Part shown: piece after piece, positions 47,431-60,388 of the stretch
Numbering within the stretch: the stretch's first letter is position 1
How the letters are laid out: every line of letters begins with the position of its first letter
From: Malacoraja senta
Taxonomy: Eukaryota
Direction: 5' to 3'
NCBI GenBank assembly: GCA_038087875.1
Contig: CM075990.1
Coordinates: 5,084,001 to 5,148,000 of the forward strand
DNA: 64,000 nt
Notes under the pieces: generated by a model
What the model was told of the DNA's origin: nothing
The model's input: the letters and a program-made list of their open reading frames with translations, nothing else
Databases searched by the model: none
Translations under genes and position numbers: made by a program

Positions 47431-50085
47431 CTGAAGAACAAAGATTTAACAATGCCAGTTTAGTCAGTAAATATATAAACAGAGCTTGGGCACCACAGGA
47501 ATAAAATAACAACTTGCATTTATCATGACATTAAAACACCCATTATGACCGGGATTCTCTAAGTGCTTTCCAACCTTTGAAGTACCATGACAGTCATTCT
47601 CCACACAACATATTCCCACAAATCGGTTCTATTCATTGTGAAGGATAAAATTAAACCTAGGTATTGGGAAAAAACGCACCTGGTCTGCCCACAGTGTCTA
47701 AAGATCTTTTCTCGCTCCTTTAGATGATAGAAGGACCTTGGTTTACTGTCACATTTTAAAGTAATCGCTTAGACTGTGCAACACTCCATCAGTAGCCCAT
47801 CTACTTTATTATACTGCATTGTCTGCAGTGAGACTTGAGTTGTCCAACTTTTGCTTGAGATACGAAAGTGCATTTATGACATATCAAATATTAAAAAATA
47901 GTGGCGTACTGTACATGTTAGTAATTCATTGATAATTTGAACTTTCCAAAACAATGTCTTATAATTGGAGATTCAAAAGATGCTGGAATCTTTCTTGATT
48001 AGTACGGGTGTTAGGGGTTGTGGAGAGAAGGCAGGAGAATGGGATTTGGAGGGAGAGATAGATCAGCCACGATTGAATGGCGGAATAGACTAAGTGTTAA
48101 AGAAGGAACTGCAGATGCTGGAAAATCGAAGGTACACAAAAATGCTGGAGAAACTCAGCGGGTGCAGCAGCATCTATGGAGCGAAGGAAATAGGCAACGT
48201 TTCGGGCCGAAACCCTTCTTCAGACTAGATGGGCCGAATGGCCTAATTCTGCTCCTATCACTTATGACCTTATAATCTTGAGCTGGTGTATCTCAGTGGC
48301 TCCGGCAGCATCTGTGGAGGGAATGAACAAACCACGTTTCTGGTCGGGACCCTTCATAAGGACACATTGTTTTAACATATTGTATGTAACACTTTTAATA
48401 ATTCTGAGGATGCAGCTAGGAAGGTGGATAGCAAGAAAGAACGAATGTATATGTAGATATTCAAAAGGTCATTGATAAAATGTCATGTGAAATGTTGTTC
48501 AACAAAAGATTATGAACGGGCTGGAAACGGCTTGGAAAGGGAAAGTAGGTCAAATATAGTAGGCATATTTTGAGAGACACTAGAGGATGCAGATGTTGGA
48601 ATCTTGAGCAAAACACGAAGTGCTGGAGTAGTTGAGCGGGCGAGGCAGCTTCTGTGGAGGAAATGAACAGTGGACGTTTTGGGACAGGACCTTTCTTCCG
48701 ACGCTGGCGTGATGCGTAAATATGTGGGGACCCACTTGTGCAGTGACCACCAGTTGATTTAGATATAACGTGTCGATGATGTATACCATGTCTTCATTTA
48801 GGTAACACCATTCTGTATCTTCTATCTACAATTGTTGTTGTTTCTCAGTCTTAGTAATCCCGTGACACTCAGGAGAAGTGTTACAAACATATATCTGGAA
48901 GAAAATGGAAATAATTGCTTCTTGGAAACGTTCTCAGGGCGGCAGAGTGGCGCAGCAGTGGCGTTGCTGCCGTACTGCACCAGAGACCTGGGTTCGAACC
49001 TGAGTACGGGTGTTGTCGGTACGTTTTTTGTACGTTTTCCTTGTGACCGCGTGTGTTTTCTCCGGGTGCTCCGGTCCCAAAGACGTGCAATTAACGCGTT
49101 AGCTTCTCTAAAATTGTCCCTGGTGTGTAGGATAGTGCACGGAGTGATCGCTGGTCGGCACGGGCTCGGTGGACCGAAGGGCCTGTTTCCACGCCGCATC
49201 TCTAAAGTCTCAAAATCGTTGCTGGTTCAGACAGGAAATGTGTTTAGTTCCAGGGAACTAAGCAGGCAACGGAAGGATATGGATCATGTGCAGGTAGAGG
49301 AGATTGGTTTATCTTGACATCATGTTCAGCACAGGCATTGTGGGCCGAATGGCCTGGTCCTGTGCTGTACTATCCGTGTTCTCCAGAGATGCTGCCTGAC
49401 CTCTGGTTACTCCAGCAGGGACTAGCATAAATTCATAAATTCTAGGAGAAGAATTAGTCCATCTAGTCTACTCCGCCATTCAATCGTGGCTGATCTATCT
49501 TTCCCCCTCAACCCCATTCTCCTGCCTTCTCCCCATAACCCCTGTCACCCAAGATAGTCTCAAAATGCTGGAGTAACTCGGCGGGACAGGCAGCATCTCT
49601 GGATGGAAGGAATGGGTGAGGTTTCGGGTCGAGACCCTTCTCCAGACGGCCTCATGGATCAAGTTTTACGCTTCCAGTCGCATGACTGCTCTTCAGTCGG
49701 CGCTAACTTTACCTTTCTGCCCGCCTCGTTATTGTGCAGGTTCATGGCTGCCCTGGCGTCCTGTCCGGTCTCCAGCGCGTCCACGAACTGTTTGGAAATG
49801 GTTTCTCCGAAGCCAACGTTGTCGCTGCATCCACCCCATAACCAGCCGTGTCCCCCTGCAGGGACCAAGCGCACGGTTAATGCCGTCCGCGCCACCGCGG
49901 CTCACGGAAGCCACTGTTCGGCGGCCAACACTTACCCAGTTGCCCGTTGCGAGAATCGTCGCAGCCACAGTTGTCGAAATCCCCCAGGCTGCAGTTTCTG
50001 GTCAATGTGTACATCACCCCCGCCGAGCTGATGGCGTGCACGAAGGCGGCCTCCCGGTTAGCTGTCGGGGACAATCAATTATTAT

Positions 50086-50136
<51 letters not shown>

Positions 50137-53100
50137 TTTTTCAATGAAGCTGACTTCGGGTAAACAGTGCGGTGGATGTGGGTCGTGACAGAGATGGGAT
50201 TGGAAAGCGAGCGGGGGGTGGGGGGTGGGGGGTGGGAGATGGGCATGCGAAGGGCAGCGAGGGGGAAAACATGAGACGGGCCAAACGCAAAGTTCTGAAG
50301 GAACTCAATCAATCAATCTATCAAGTGCAAGTGAAATGAACTTGCCAGCAGCGGTACAATAAGAAAGAACACACAGTACACAATAACAAAAATAACACAA
50401 ACATCCACCACAGCATTCATCACTGTGGTGGAAGGCACAACGTTTGGTCAGTCCTCCTCCATTTCCCCCCGTGGTCGGGACCTCAACCCTCCCCAGTCGC
50501 CGCTGCGGGTCAAGCAGCATCTGTGGAGGGAAATGGGCAGATGATTTCATGTCGGGACTCCAATTCAGAATAGGCGACTGATCGGGATAAAGAACAGAGA
50601 GAACCGCGAGGACTTTGCGGATCCTGGCTCAATGAGACTGTCTTGCTTTACTGAGGGTCGCGGCCAAGAGCCCCCGTGCGTAGCGGAACAAACACTGACA
50701 AATGTTCAGTCGCAGCGGTGGCGCAGCCGGTAGAGCCGCTGCCCCAGAGTCCAGAGATCCGGGTTCAATCGGGTGCTGTCTGTGTGGAGTTTGCACGTTC
50801 TCCCCGTGACCACTTAGGATTCCTCCAGGTGCTCCGGTTTCCTCCCACACTCCAAAGACGTGCGGGTTTGTAGGTTAATTGGCTTGGTGTATATGTGTGC
50901 ATTGTCCCTAGTGTGTGTAGGATAGTGTTAATGTGCGGGCATCGCTGGTCGGTGCAGACTCGGTGGGCCGAAGGGCCTGTTTCCATGCTGTATCTTTCAT
51001 TCAAAGCAGCAAATCCGCACAGATTATCTCGGGGAAACGGGTTTATAGATTGTTCCCGTTCTGGGCAGGAATAACTAGGTGTAAAGAAATGTAGAACGAA
51101 AGAGATAAGGCGGCCACGGTGACGCAGCGGTAGAGTTGCTGCCTTGTGGCGCCGGTGACCCCGATTACGGTGCTGTCTGTACGGAGTTTGTACGTTCTCC
51201 CCTTGACCTCGTGGGGGGTTTCTCCGAGATCTCTCCCACACTCCAAAGACGTACAGGTTTGTAGGTTAATTGGCTTGGTGTATATGTGTGCATTGTCCCT
51301 AGTGTGTGTAGGATAGTGTTAATGTGCGGGCATCGCTGGTCGGTGCAGACTCGGTGGGCCGAAGGGCCTGTTTCCGCGCTGTATCTCTAAACTAAACTAA
51401 CAGCGAAAGCGGTAGCAAAAAAAGGATTCACGAACGAGTGTCCGCTAAGTTCCTCCAGCTGTATTTGGGCCAGTACACGTGGGGACGTGCGAGAGGGGAA
51501 CTCGGAGAAGGGTGTGAAGAAGGAGGGGAGGAAACGCGAGGGAAAGCGTCGAGATAAGAACAAGAGATTATTGTAATTCACCGGCAACAACCAATGCTTT
51601 CTGAGGAAGCGGGATGGACAGATTGTTGTTTTTCTCTCTCGGGGCGCTGACTGACCGCCTGAGAATTCCAACCAAGTTCAATTTTATTTCTGATTACCCG
51701 CATTTGCAGTATTTCGGTTTTGAGGAGAGGTTGGGAACAGGCCCACATTGTAACCTTGAATACGCGCTTAATATAAAACAATATAGCAGATGCTGGGAAT
51801 CTGAAATAAAATGTGAAGGTGATCACAGATGCTGCCCGACCTGCTGAGTATTTCCAGCATTTTCCTTTTGTATTTGTGGATGAACACGTTAGGGCCTGTC
51901 CCACTGTACGAGGTAATTCAAGAGTTCTCCCGAGTTTCCCCCGATTCGAACTAGGTGAATTTAAAAACTGAACATGATCGGGTTTGGGTTCAATTGTATC
52001 AGAGATGGTCTCTCTCTCAAGACAGCAGAGACCGCGGAGATTTTAGATTAATTGGCTGTTTAGGCTGTTCTGTATTTGGAAAGTGGGGACAGAAGGAACT
52101 GCAGAAGATGGGCATCTTGAGGTAAGCACAAAGTGCTGGAGGAACAGGCCGGGTAGAATCTGTGGAAAGCAATGGACACACGACGTTTCAGGTCAGGGCC
52201 CTTCTTCGGACCGTCTGAAGAAGGATTGTGTCCGAAGAAGGGTCCCTCCCCACCTGAAAAGTCGTCCATCCATCCATTCCCTCCACGGATGCTGCCTGAC
52301 CAGCCGAGTTCCTCCAACACACTGATTTGCTGTATTTTGCTTGTGTTTTGCTGTATTTGGATAGGGCGGTTTCTCTGTAGGGGTGGAGAGGGGTAGGGAT
52401 ACGGGGGGTGGAGTGGGGGTGGGGGGTTACAAGGAAAGCAAAGCCCCATACCGCTCCGCAGCCCGCTGTGAGTGGAAAGTTGCAGCGCTCGCTCCGGGCA
52501 GTTCCAGCGATCCCAAGCGAATTGGTGTTTGCATTCCTCGATGCCACTCTGGGCCCCTGCTGCTACGCTGCTGGAGTAAATCAGATAAGCCTGCAGCAAA
52601 GAAACATGTTAGGTCAGAACTAGAGTCCAAACATACCTGATCTATATCAATACGCGGGAGTCGGGAGATGCGGACGGAGAGACAACCCATGTCCATTCCT
52701 AAGATGCGCGTTGGGTCGGTCACAACCATTATCGCCGCTAACTCTCGGTTACACTCTCCAGAATCTCCAGTATTCTGTCAAGAAAGGAACTGCAAACGCT
52801 GCTTTACACCGAAGATAGACACAAAATGCTGGAGGAACTTAGCAGGTCAGGCAGCATCTCTGGAGCGAAGGAATAGTGGCGTTTCGGGTCGGAACCCTGC
52901 CTGGCCCGCTGAGTTATTCCAGTATTCTGTGCCCACCTCCAGTATTTTGAGGTGTTTGGGGTCAATCATAAAACTGCGCCGAGTACTCGCTTCTGTGTAG
53001 ACTTCCCTTTCCCTCGTCGTGGATAGTTAAAGCGATGATGGGAATGAATGGTCAGGGCAGTTTCTCTGGCCGAAGGGAAAGCGTCGGACTTCCTACAATT

Positions 53101-54287
53101 CCGACCCAAATCCACATATCTCTCTTCTCCTCAAGCAGGCAAAATCACTCGGGCAAATAAGAGGGAAACGGTGCAGAATCATTAACAATTTAAATAGAAC
53201 GAATTTCGCAAATCGAAGTGTAGATTTGATCTCCTTTCGTTATTTCTAACGGGCATCGCGTTTCACAGCCAGTGTAGAAAGCTACACAAAACATACCGAT
53301 CGGAAACTGACCATTATTATCTGGATAAACCCTCTGGTCATAGAAAGTAAGAATCACTCTTGTGGGATGTGTGGATCTGCCCAGTAAATCATGAACAAAG
53401 GTGGAAAGCGTCGGAAACTGGTTCATGCGTTTCTAACTTATAATAAAATTACCTGTGATCCCACGAGATATATTTTAACACGGTGAAATATTTACACTGG
53501 TTGATAATTTTAATTGTTTATTAAAATATTTATTGCCTCAAACGTTCAGGTTCCCATCGGTTTCATCCGACCGAAATTTAATCACCCGATAGTATAAATT
53601 AACCTATTCTTCTCCGTAGTTTTTCCTCAAATGAAATTAAATCTAGTTTCAATGAAGAGCGCAGCATTTGTATTATCATAACAGTGCCAAATGTTTCTAA
53701 CATCTCCACATTAAAGCCCCTGATGTGTAAAACACACAGCGTAAAGACTCCCTCTCTTAAATCCGTGTTTGAATCCATCACAACTTTAATTGTTAAACAA
53801 AAAAACAGTCTTTCCTCCTTCAATTATTGTAATGTATTAATTAAGAAAGATCAAAAAGAATCTTTCTTACCTTAGGACCAGTCATAAGAAAGTTATTCAC
53901 TGACCTGGAAAAACAAGAGCCAAATGATTAAGTTGCAGAAAGCTCCCAACTTTGCCCTCCGAAAATATTTGGGATTTTTTTTGGGCTGTCTTAAATCCTT
54001 CAAAGATCTTCTGATGGGATTCCGCCATCCCCCTTCCCACTTAAGCTGATAACCTTTGATATCGACCCATCATGTGACGGGGAGTAAGAATTAAAGAAAA
54101 GGCACTAAAGTTCCCCAAGGTGCGAGGGTGTCTGTCGTAGCAGCGCCGAGCGAGAAGGACCAAGCGTCTGAATAGAGACGGAAAAGCGTCGCTGTCTTGT
54201 CCCCAGACGTTTCACTTACCAGGCTTGGCACAGCTTTAGGTAGACGGTTAGGAGTATCAATGAGTGGACCGTATCTCGGGGAACCAT
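46867..54287 (-). CDS. wnt8b: Wnt-8b, complete CDS, 357 aa; exons 54220-54287, 53871-53904, 52452-52590, 49936-50061, 49713-49855, 46867-47430
   Basis: Six GT-AG exons join to 1074 nt: [73 protein letters not shown]...[26 protein letters not shown]...[30 protein letters not shown] and GNSAAxRGAIA are Wnt8b-type sequences. Confidence 0.97.
47990..48273 (+). mobile_element. CR1 3' end interrupted by a minus-strand Penelope-like repeat (about 48092-48226)
   Basis: GATTGAATGGCGGAATAGACT...AGATGGGCCGAATGGCCTAATTCTGCTCC..CTTATGACCTTAT split by AAGGAACTGCAGATGCTGG..CCCTTCTTCAGACT. Confidence 0.75.
48937..49213 (+). mobile_element. HE1-like V-SINE (duplicated at about 55377-55653)
   Basis: GTGGCGCAGCAGT A-box, GGTTCGAACC B-box, GAAGGGCCTGTTTCC tail. 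Confidence 0.85.
49713..49855 (-). CDS. wnt8b: wnt8b exon 5 ([48 protein letters not shown])
   Basis: WxWGGCSDN and [10 protein letters not shown] Wnt motifs; AG/GT boundaries. Confidence 0.97.
49936..50061 (-). CDS. wnt8b: wnt8b exon 4 ([42 protein letters not shown])
   Basis: [14 protein letters not shown] Wnt motif; AG/GT boundaries; 80-bp intron to exon 5. Confidence 0.97.
50088..50135. repeat. (TG)n microsatellite next to the wnt8b exon 4 acceptor
   Basis: about 24 TG units. Confidence 0.95.
50711..51401 (+). mobile_element. two tandem HE1-like V-SINEs (about 50711-50996 and 51109-51401)
   Basis: Two tRNA-like heads, V-domain and tails; the 3' halves are essentially identical. Confidence 0.85.
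52452..52590 (-). CDS. wnt8b: wnt8b exon 3 ([46 protein letters not shown])
   Basis: ECxxQFxxxRWNC Wnt motif; AG/GT boundaries. Confidence 0.97.
53871..53904 (-). CDS. wnt8b: wnt8b exon 2, 34 nt ([12 protein letters not shown])
   Basis: ttccAG|GTCAGTGAATAACTTTCTTATGACTGGTCCTAAG|GTAAG on the minus strand; Wnt8 family N-terminal motif. Confidence 0.95.
54220..54287 (-). CDS. wnt8b: wnt8b exon 1 coding part, signal peptide ([23 protein letters not shown])
   Basis: ATG at 54287-54285, 68 coding nt ending TG|GTAAGT, phase matches exon 2; hydrophobic core. Confidence 0.88.
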
Positions 54288-54419
54288 CGTCCAGGAGGAT
54301 AACAATGAGGTGGATCTCAGTGAAGGTGGAAGAAGGCGGTGGCGGGTTGCTCAGAATGACGGGGAGGTCTGAAGACGGGGTTCTGTTGTGTAAGTAAGGT
54401 GACCATGTGTGCACGGCTG

Positions 54420-54620
54420 ATGTGAAATGGAGCTCCTATCATCTCGGCGTCAGATTAGCTACTTAATTACGGATTGCCCTTCTCCTCGCGAGTCAGCCAA
54501 TCAGGCCTCAAGTGGGAAGGGATTGTTCACTCGGATCAAACGCCAAATGCAGGCTCGTAGTCAAAGAAAGGCTGAGAGAAGTGGGTGCGTGGGAGAGAGG
54601 CTGCAGCAGGGAGAACACAG
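54420..54620 (-). promoter_or_regulatory. putative wnt8b proximal promoter
   Basis: Non-repeat, CpG-containing sequence 130-330 bp upstream of the ATG, with CCAAT at 54497-54501, TTAATTA and ATTGTT motifs; TSS not determinable. Confidence 0.4.
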
Positions 54621-54935
54621 AACCTGGGGTTGAAAGCGAGGGATAAGGAGATTAGAAAAGGCAAGGAGACCGTGCTGGAGAATGAAATCGAGGAGTGGGG
54701 AGAAGGAAGGGGGGGGGGGGGGGGGGGAATGAATCTCCTTAAAGATAAACACAGGATCAGAAGGTGCAATTGTTCCGTGGAGTGGATTTAGGCGAATTCC
54801 CTGTCAGTAAACAGCCACGGCCAGTTCAATACACATGGCTTTGATATTATGTGGAGGAACGAACTGCAGATGCTGGTTTAAACCGAAGATAAACACAAAA
54901 TGCTGGAGTAACTCAGCGGGACAGGCAGCATACTC

Positions 54936-55135
54936 NNNNNNNNNNNNNNNNNNNNNNNNNNNNNNNNNNNNNNNNNNNNNNNNNNNNNNNNNNNNNNNNN
55001 NNNNNNNNNNNNNNNNNNNNNNNNNNNNNNNNNNNNNNNNNNNNNNNNNNNNNNNNNNNNNNNNNNNNNNNNNNNNNNNNNNNNNNNNNNNNNNNNNNNN
55101 NNNNNNNNNNNNNNNNNNNNNNNNNNNNNNNNNNN
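54936..55135. other. assembly gap, 200 N
   Basis: run of N. Confidence 1.
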
Positions 55136-56152
55136 TTCCGACGCTGGCGTGATGCGTAAATATGTGGGGACCCACTTGTGCAGTGACCACCAGTTGATTT
55201 AGATATAACGTGTCGATGATGTATACCATGTCTTCATTTAGGTAACACCATTCTGTATCTTCTATCTACAATTGTTGTTGTTTCTCAGTCTTAGTAATCC
55301 CGTGACACTCAGGAGAAGTGTTACAAACATATATCTGGAAGAAAATGGAAATAATTGCTTCTTGGAAACGTTCTCAGGGCGGCAGAGTGGCGCAGCAGTG
55401 GCGTTGCTGCCGTACTGCACCAGAGACCTGGGTTCGAACCTGAGTACGGGTGTTGTCGGTACGTTTTTTGTACGTTTTCCTTGTGACCGCGTGTGTTTTC
55501 TCCGGGTGCTCCGGTCCCAAAGACGTGCAATTAACGCGTTAGCTTCTCTAAAATTGTCCCTGGTGTGTAGGATAGTGCACGGAGTGATCGCTGGTCGGCA
55601 CGGGCTCGGTGGGCCGAAGGGCCTGTTTCCACGCCGCATCTCTAAAGTCTCAAAATCGTTGCTGGTTCAGACAGGAAATGTGTTTAGTTCCAGGGAACTA
55701 AGCAGGCAACGGAAGGATATGGATCATGTGCAGGTAGAGGAGATTGGTTTATCTTGACATCATGTTCAGCACAGGCATTGTGGGCCGAATGGCCTGGTCC
55801 TGTGCTGTACTATCCGTGTTCTCCAGAGATGCTGCCTGACCTCTGGTTACTCCAGCAGGGACTAGCATAAATTCATAAATTCTAGGAGAAGAATTAGTCC
55901 ATCTAGTCTACTCCGCCATTCAATCGTGGCTGATCTATCTTTTCCCCTCAACCCCATTCTCCTGCCTTCTCCCCATAACCCCTGTCACCCAAGATAGTCT
56001 CAAAATGCCGGAGTAACTCGGCGGGACAGGCAGCATCTCTGGATGGAAGGAATGGGTGAGGTTTCGGGTCGAGACCCTTCTCCAGACGGCCTCATGGATC
56101 ATGTTTTACGCTTCCAGTCGCATGACTGCTCTTCCGTCGGCGCTAACTTTAC

Positions 56153-59100
56153 CTTTCTGCCCGCCTCGTTATTGTGCAGATTCATGGCTGCCCTGGCGTC
56201 CTGTCCGGTCTCCAGCGCGTCCACGAACTGTTTGGAAATGGTTTCTCCGAAGCCAACGTTGTCGCTGCATCCACCCCATAACCATCCGTGTCCCCCTGCA
56301 GGGACCAAGCGCACGGTTAATGCCGTCCGCGCCACCGCGGCTCACGGAAGCCACTGTTCGGCGGCCAACACTTACCCAGTTGCCCGTTGCGAGAATCGTC
56401 GCAGCCACAGTTGTCGAAATCCCCCAGGCTACAGTTTCTGGTCAATGTGTACATCACCCCCGCCGAGCTGATGGCGTGCACGAAGGCGGCCTCCCGGTTA
56501 GCTGTCGGGGACANNNNNNNNNNNNNNNNNNNNNNNNNNNNNNNNNNNNNNNNNNNNNNNNNNNNNNNNNNNNNNNNNNNNNNNNNNNNNNNNNNNNNNN
56601 NNNNNNNNNNNNNNNNNNNNNNNNNNNNNNNNNNNNNNNNNTCGGGTAAACAGTGCGGTGGATGTGGGTCGTGACAGAGATGGGATTGGAAAGCGAGCGG
56701 GGGGTGGGGGGTTGGGGGTGGTGGGTGGGCATGCGAAGGGCAGCGAGGGGGAAAACATGAGACGGGCCAAACGCAAAGTTCTGAAGGAACTCAATCAATC
56801 AATCTATCAAGTGCAAGTGAAATGAACTTGCCAGCAGCGGTACAATAAGAAAGAACACACAGTACACAATAACAAAAATAACACAAACATCCACCACAGC
56901 ATTCATCACTGTGGTGGAAGGCACAACGTTTGGTCAGTCCTCCTCCATTTCCCCCCGTGGTCGGGACCTCAACCCTCCCCAGTCGCCGCTGCGGGTCAAG
57001 CAGCATCTGTGGAGGGTAATGGGCAGATGATTTCATGTCGGGACTCCAATTCAGAATAGGCGACTGATCGGGATAAAGAACAGAGAGAACCGCGAGGACT
57101 TTGCGGATCCGGGCTCAATGAGACTGGCTGGATTTACTGAGGGTCGCGGCGAAGAGCCCCCATGCGTAGCGGAACAAACACTGACAAATGTTCAGTCGCA
57201 GCGGTGGCGCAGCCGGTAGAGCCGCTGCCCCAGAGTCCAGAGATCCGGGTTCAATCGGGTGCTGTCTGTGTGGAGTTTGCACGTTCTCCCCGTGACCACT
57301 TAGGATTCCTCCAGGTGCTCCGGTTTCCTCCCACACTCCAAAGACGTACAGGTTTGTAGGTTAATTGGCTTGGTGTATATGTGTGCATTGTCCCTAGTGT
57401 GTGTAGGATAGTGTTAATGTGCGGGGATCGCTGGTCGGTGCAGACTCGGTGGGCCGAAGGGCCTGTTTCCGCGCTGTATCTCTAAACTAAACTAACAGCG
57501 AAAGCGGTAGCAAAAAAAGGATTCACGAACGAGTGTCCCATGAGTTCCTCCAGCTGTATTTGGGCCAGTACACGTGGGGACGTGCGAGAGGGGAACTCGG
57601 GAGAAGGGTGTGAAGAAGGAGGGGAGGAAACGTGAGGGAAAGCGTCGAGATACGAACAAGAGATTATTGTAATGACTTCACCGGCAACAACCAATGCTTT
57701 CTGAGGAAGCGGGATGGACAGATTGTTGTTTTTCTCTCTCGGGGCGCTGACTGACCGCCTGAGAATTCCAACCAAGTTCAATTTATTTCTGATTACCCGC
57801 ATTTGCAGTATTTCGGTTTTTGAGGAGAGGTTGGGAACAGGCCCACAGTGTAACCTTGAATACGCGCTTAATATAAAACAATATAGCAGATGCTGGAAAT
57901 CTGAAATAAAATGTGAAGGTGATCACAGATGCTGCCCGACCTGCTGAGTATTTCCAGCATTTTCTCTTTCTATTTGTGGATGAACACGTTAGGGCCTGTC
58001 CCACTGTACGAGGTAATTCAAGAGTTCTCCCGAGTTTCCCCCGATTCGAACTAGGTGAATTTAAAAACTGAACATGATCGGGTTTGGGTTCAATTGTATC
58101 AGAGATGGTCTCTCTCTCAAGACAGCAGAGACCGCGGAGATTTTAGATTAATTGGCTGTTTAGGCTGTTCTGTATTTGGAAAGTGGGGACAGAAGGATCT
58201 GCAGAAGATGGGCATCTTGAGGTAAGCACAAAGTGCTGGAGGAACAGGCCGGGTAGAATCTGTGGAAAGCAATGGACACACGACGTTTCAGGTCAGGGCC
58301 CTTCTTCGGACCGTCTGAAGAAGGATTGTGTCTGAAGAAGGGTCCCTCCCCACCTGAAAAGTCGTCCATCCATCCATTCCCTCCACGGATGCTGCCTGAC
58401 CAGCCGAGTTCCTCCAACACACTGATTTGCTGTATTTTGCTTGTGTTTTGCTGTATTTGGATAGGGCGGTTTCTCTGTAGGGGTGGAGAGGGGTAGGGGA
58501 TACGGGGGGTGGAGTGGGGGTGGGGGGTTACAAGGAAAGCAAAGCCCCATACCGCTCCGCAGCCCGCTGTGAGTGGAAAGTTGCAGCGCTCGCTCCGGGC
58601 AGTTCCAGCGATCCCAAGCGAATTGGTGTTTGCATTCCTCGATGCCACTCTGGGCCCCTGCTGCTACGCTGCTGGAGTAAATCAGATAAGCCTGCAGCAA
58701 AGAAACATGTTAGGTCAGAACTAGAGTCCAAACATACCTGATCTATATCAAACGCGGGAGTCGGGAGATGCGGACCGGAGAGACAACCCATGTCCATTCC
58801 TAAGATGCGCGTTGGGTCGGTCACAACCATTATCGCCGCTAACTCTCGGTTACACTCTCCAGAATCTCCAGTATTCTGTCAAGAAAGGAACTGCAAACGC
58901 TGCTTTACACCGAAGATAGACACAAAATGCTGGAGGAACTTAGCAGGTCAGGCAGCATCTCTGGAGCGAAGGAATAGTGGCGTTTCGGGTCGTAACCCTG
59001 CCTGGCCCGCTGAGTTATTCCAGTATTCTGTGCCCACCTCCAGTATTTTGAGGTGTTTGGGGTCAATCATAAAACTGCGCCGAGTACTCGCTTCTGTGTA

Positions 59101-60388
59101 GACTTCCCTTTCCCTCGTCGTGGATAGTTAAAGCGATGATGGGAATGAATGGTCAGGGCAGTTTCTCTGGCCGAAGGGAAAGCGTCGGACTTCCTACAAT
59201 TCCGACCCAAATCCACATATCTCTCTTCTCCTCAAGCAGGCAAAATCACTCGGGCAAATAAGAGGGAAACGGTGCAGAATCATTAACAATTTAAATAGAA
59301 CGAATTTCGCAAATCGAAGTGTAGATTTGATCTCCTTTCGTTATTTCTAACGGGCATCGCGTTTCACAGCCAGTGTAGAAAGCTACACAAAACATACCGA
59401 TCGGAAACTGACCATTATTATCTGGATAAACCCTCTGGTCATAGAAAGTAAGAATCACTCTTGTGGGATGTGTGGATCTGCCCAGTAAATCATGAACAAA
59501 GGTGGAAAGCGTCGGAAACTGGTTCATGCGTTTCTAACTTATAATAAAATTACCTGTGATCCCACGAGATATATTTTAACACGGTGAAATATTTACACTG
59601 GTTGATAATTTTAATTGTTTATTAAAATATTTATTGCCTCAAACGTTCAGGTTCCCATCGGTTTCATCCGACCGAAATTTAATCACCCGATAGTATAAAT
59701 TAACCTATTCTTCTCCGTAGTTTTTCCTCAAATGAAATTAAATCTAGTTTCAATGAAGAGCGCAGCATTTGTATTATCATAACAGTGCCAAATGTTTCTA
59801 ACATCTCCACATTAAAGCCCCTGATGTGTAAAACACACAGCGTAAAGACTCCCTCTCTTAAATCCGTGTTTGAATCCATCACAACTTTAATTGTTAAACA
59901 AAAAAACAGTCTTTCCTCCTTCAATTATTGTAATGTATTAATTAAGAAAGATCAAAAAGAATCTTTCTTACCTTAGGACCAGTCATAAGAAAGTTATTCA
60001 CTGACCTGGAAAAACAAGAGCCAAATGATTAAGTTGCAGAAAGCTCCCAACTTTGCCCTCCGAAAATATTTGGGATTTTTTTTGGGCTGTCTTAAATCCT
60101 TCAAAGATCTTCTGATGGGATTCCGCCATCCCCCTTCCCACTTAAGCTGATAACCTTTGATATCGACCCATCATGTGACGGGGAGTAAGAATTAAAGAAA
60201 AGGCACTAAAGTTCCCCAAGGTGCGAGGGTGTCTGTCGTAGCAGCGCCGAGCGAGAAGGACCAAGCGTCTGAATAGAGACGGAAAAGCGTCGCTGTCTTG
60301 TCCCCAGACGTTTCACTTACCAGGCTTGGCACAGCTTTAGGTAGACGGTTAGGAGTATCAATGAGTGGACCGTATCTCGGGGAACCAT
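56153..60388 (-). CDS. wnt8b: second copy of wnt8b exons 1-5 (60321-60388, 59972-60005, 58553-58691, 56376-56501, 56153-56295); no own exon 6
   Basis: Same translation as copy 1 with three synonymous differences; splice sites intact; likely not a real second locus. Confidence 0.6.
56514..56641. other. assembly gap, 128 N, replacing the (TG)n microsatellite seen in copy 1
   Basis: Flanks match 50073 and 50156 in copy 1 (82 bp apart there). Confidence 0.95.

Noticed and set aside
46928-50188. Plus-strand ORFs antisense to wnt8b exons (46999-47463, 49603-50031, 49616-50188)
   Set aside because: Shadow frames of GC-rich coding exons that run into repeats and the (TG)n tract.
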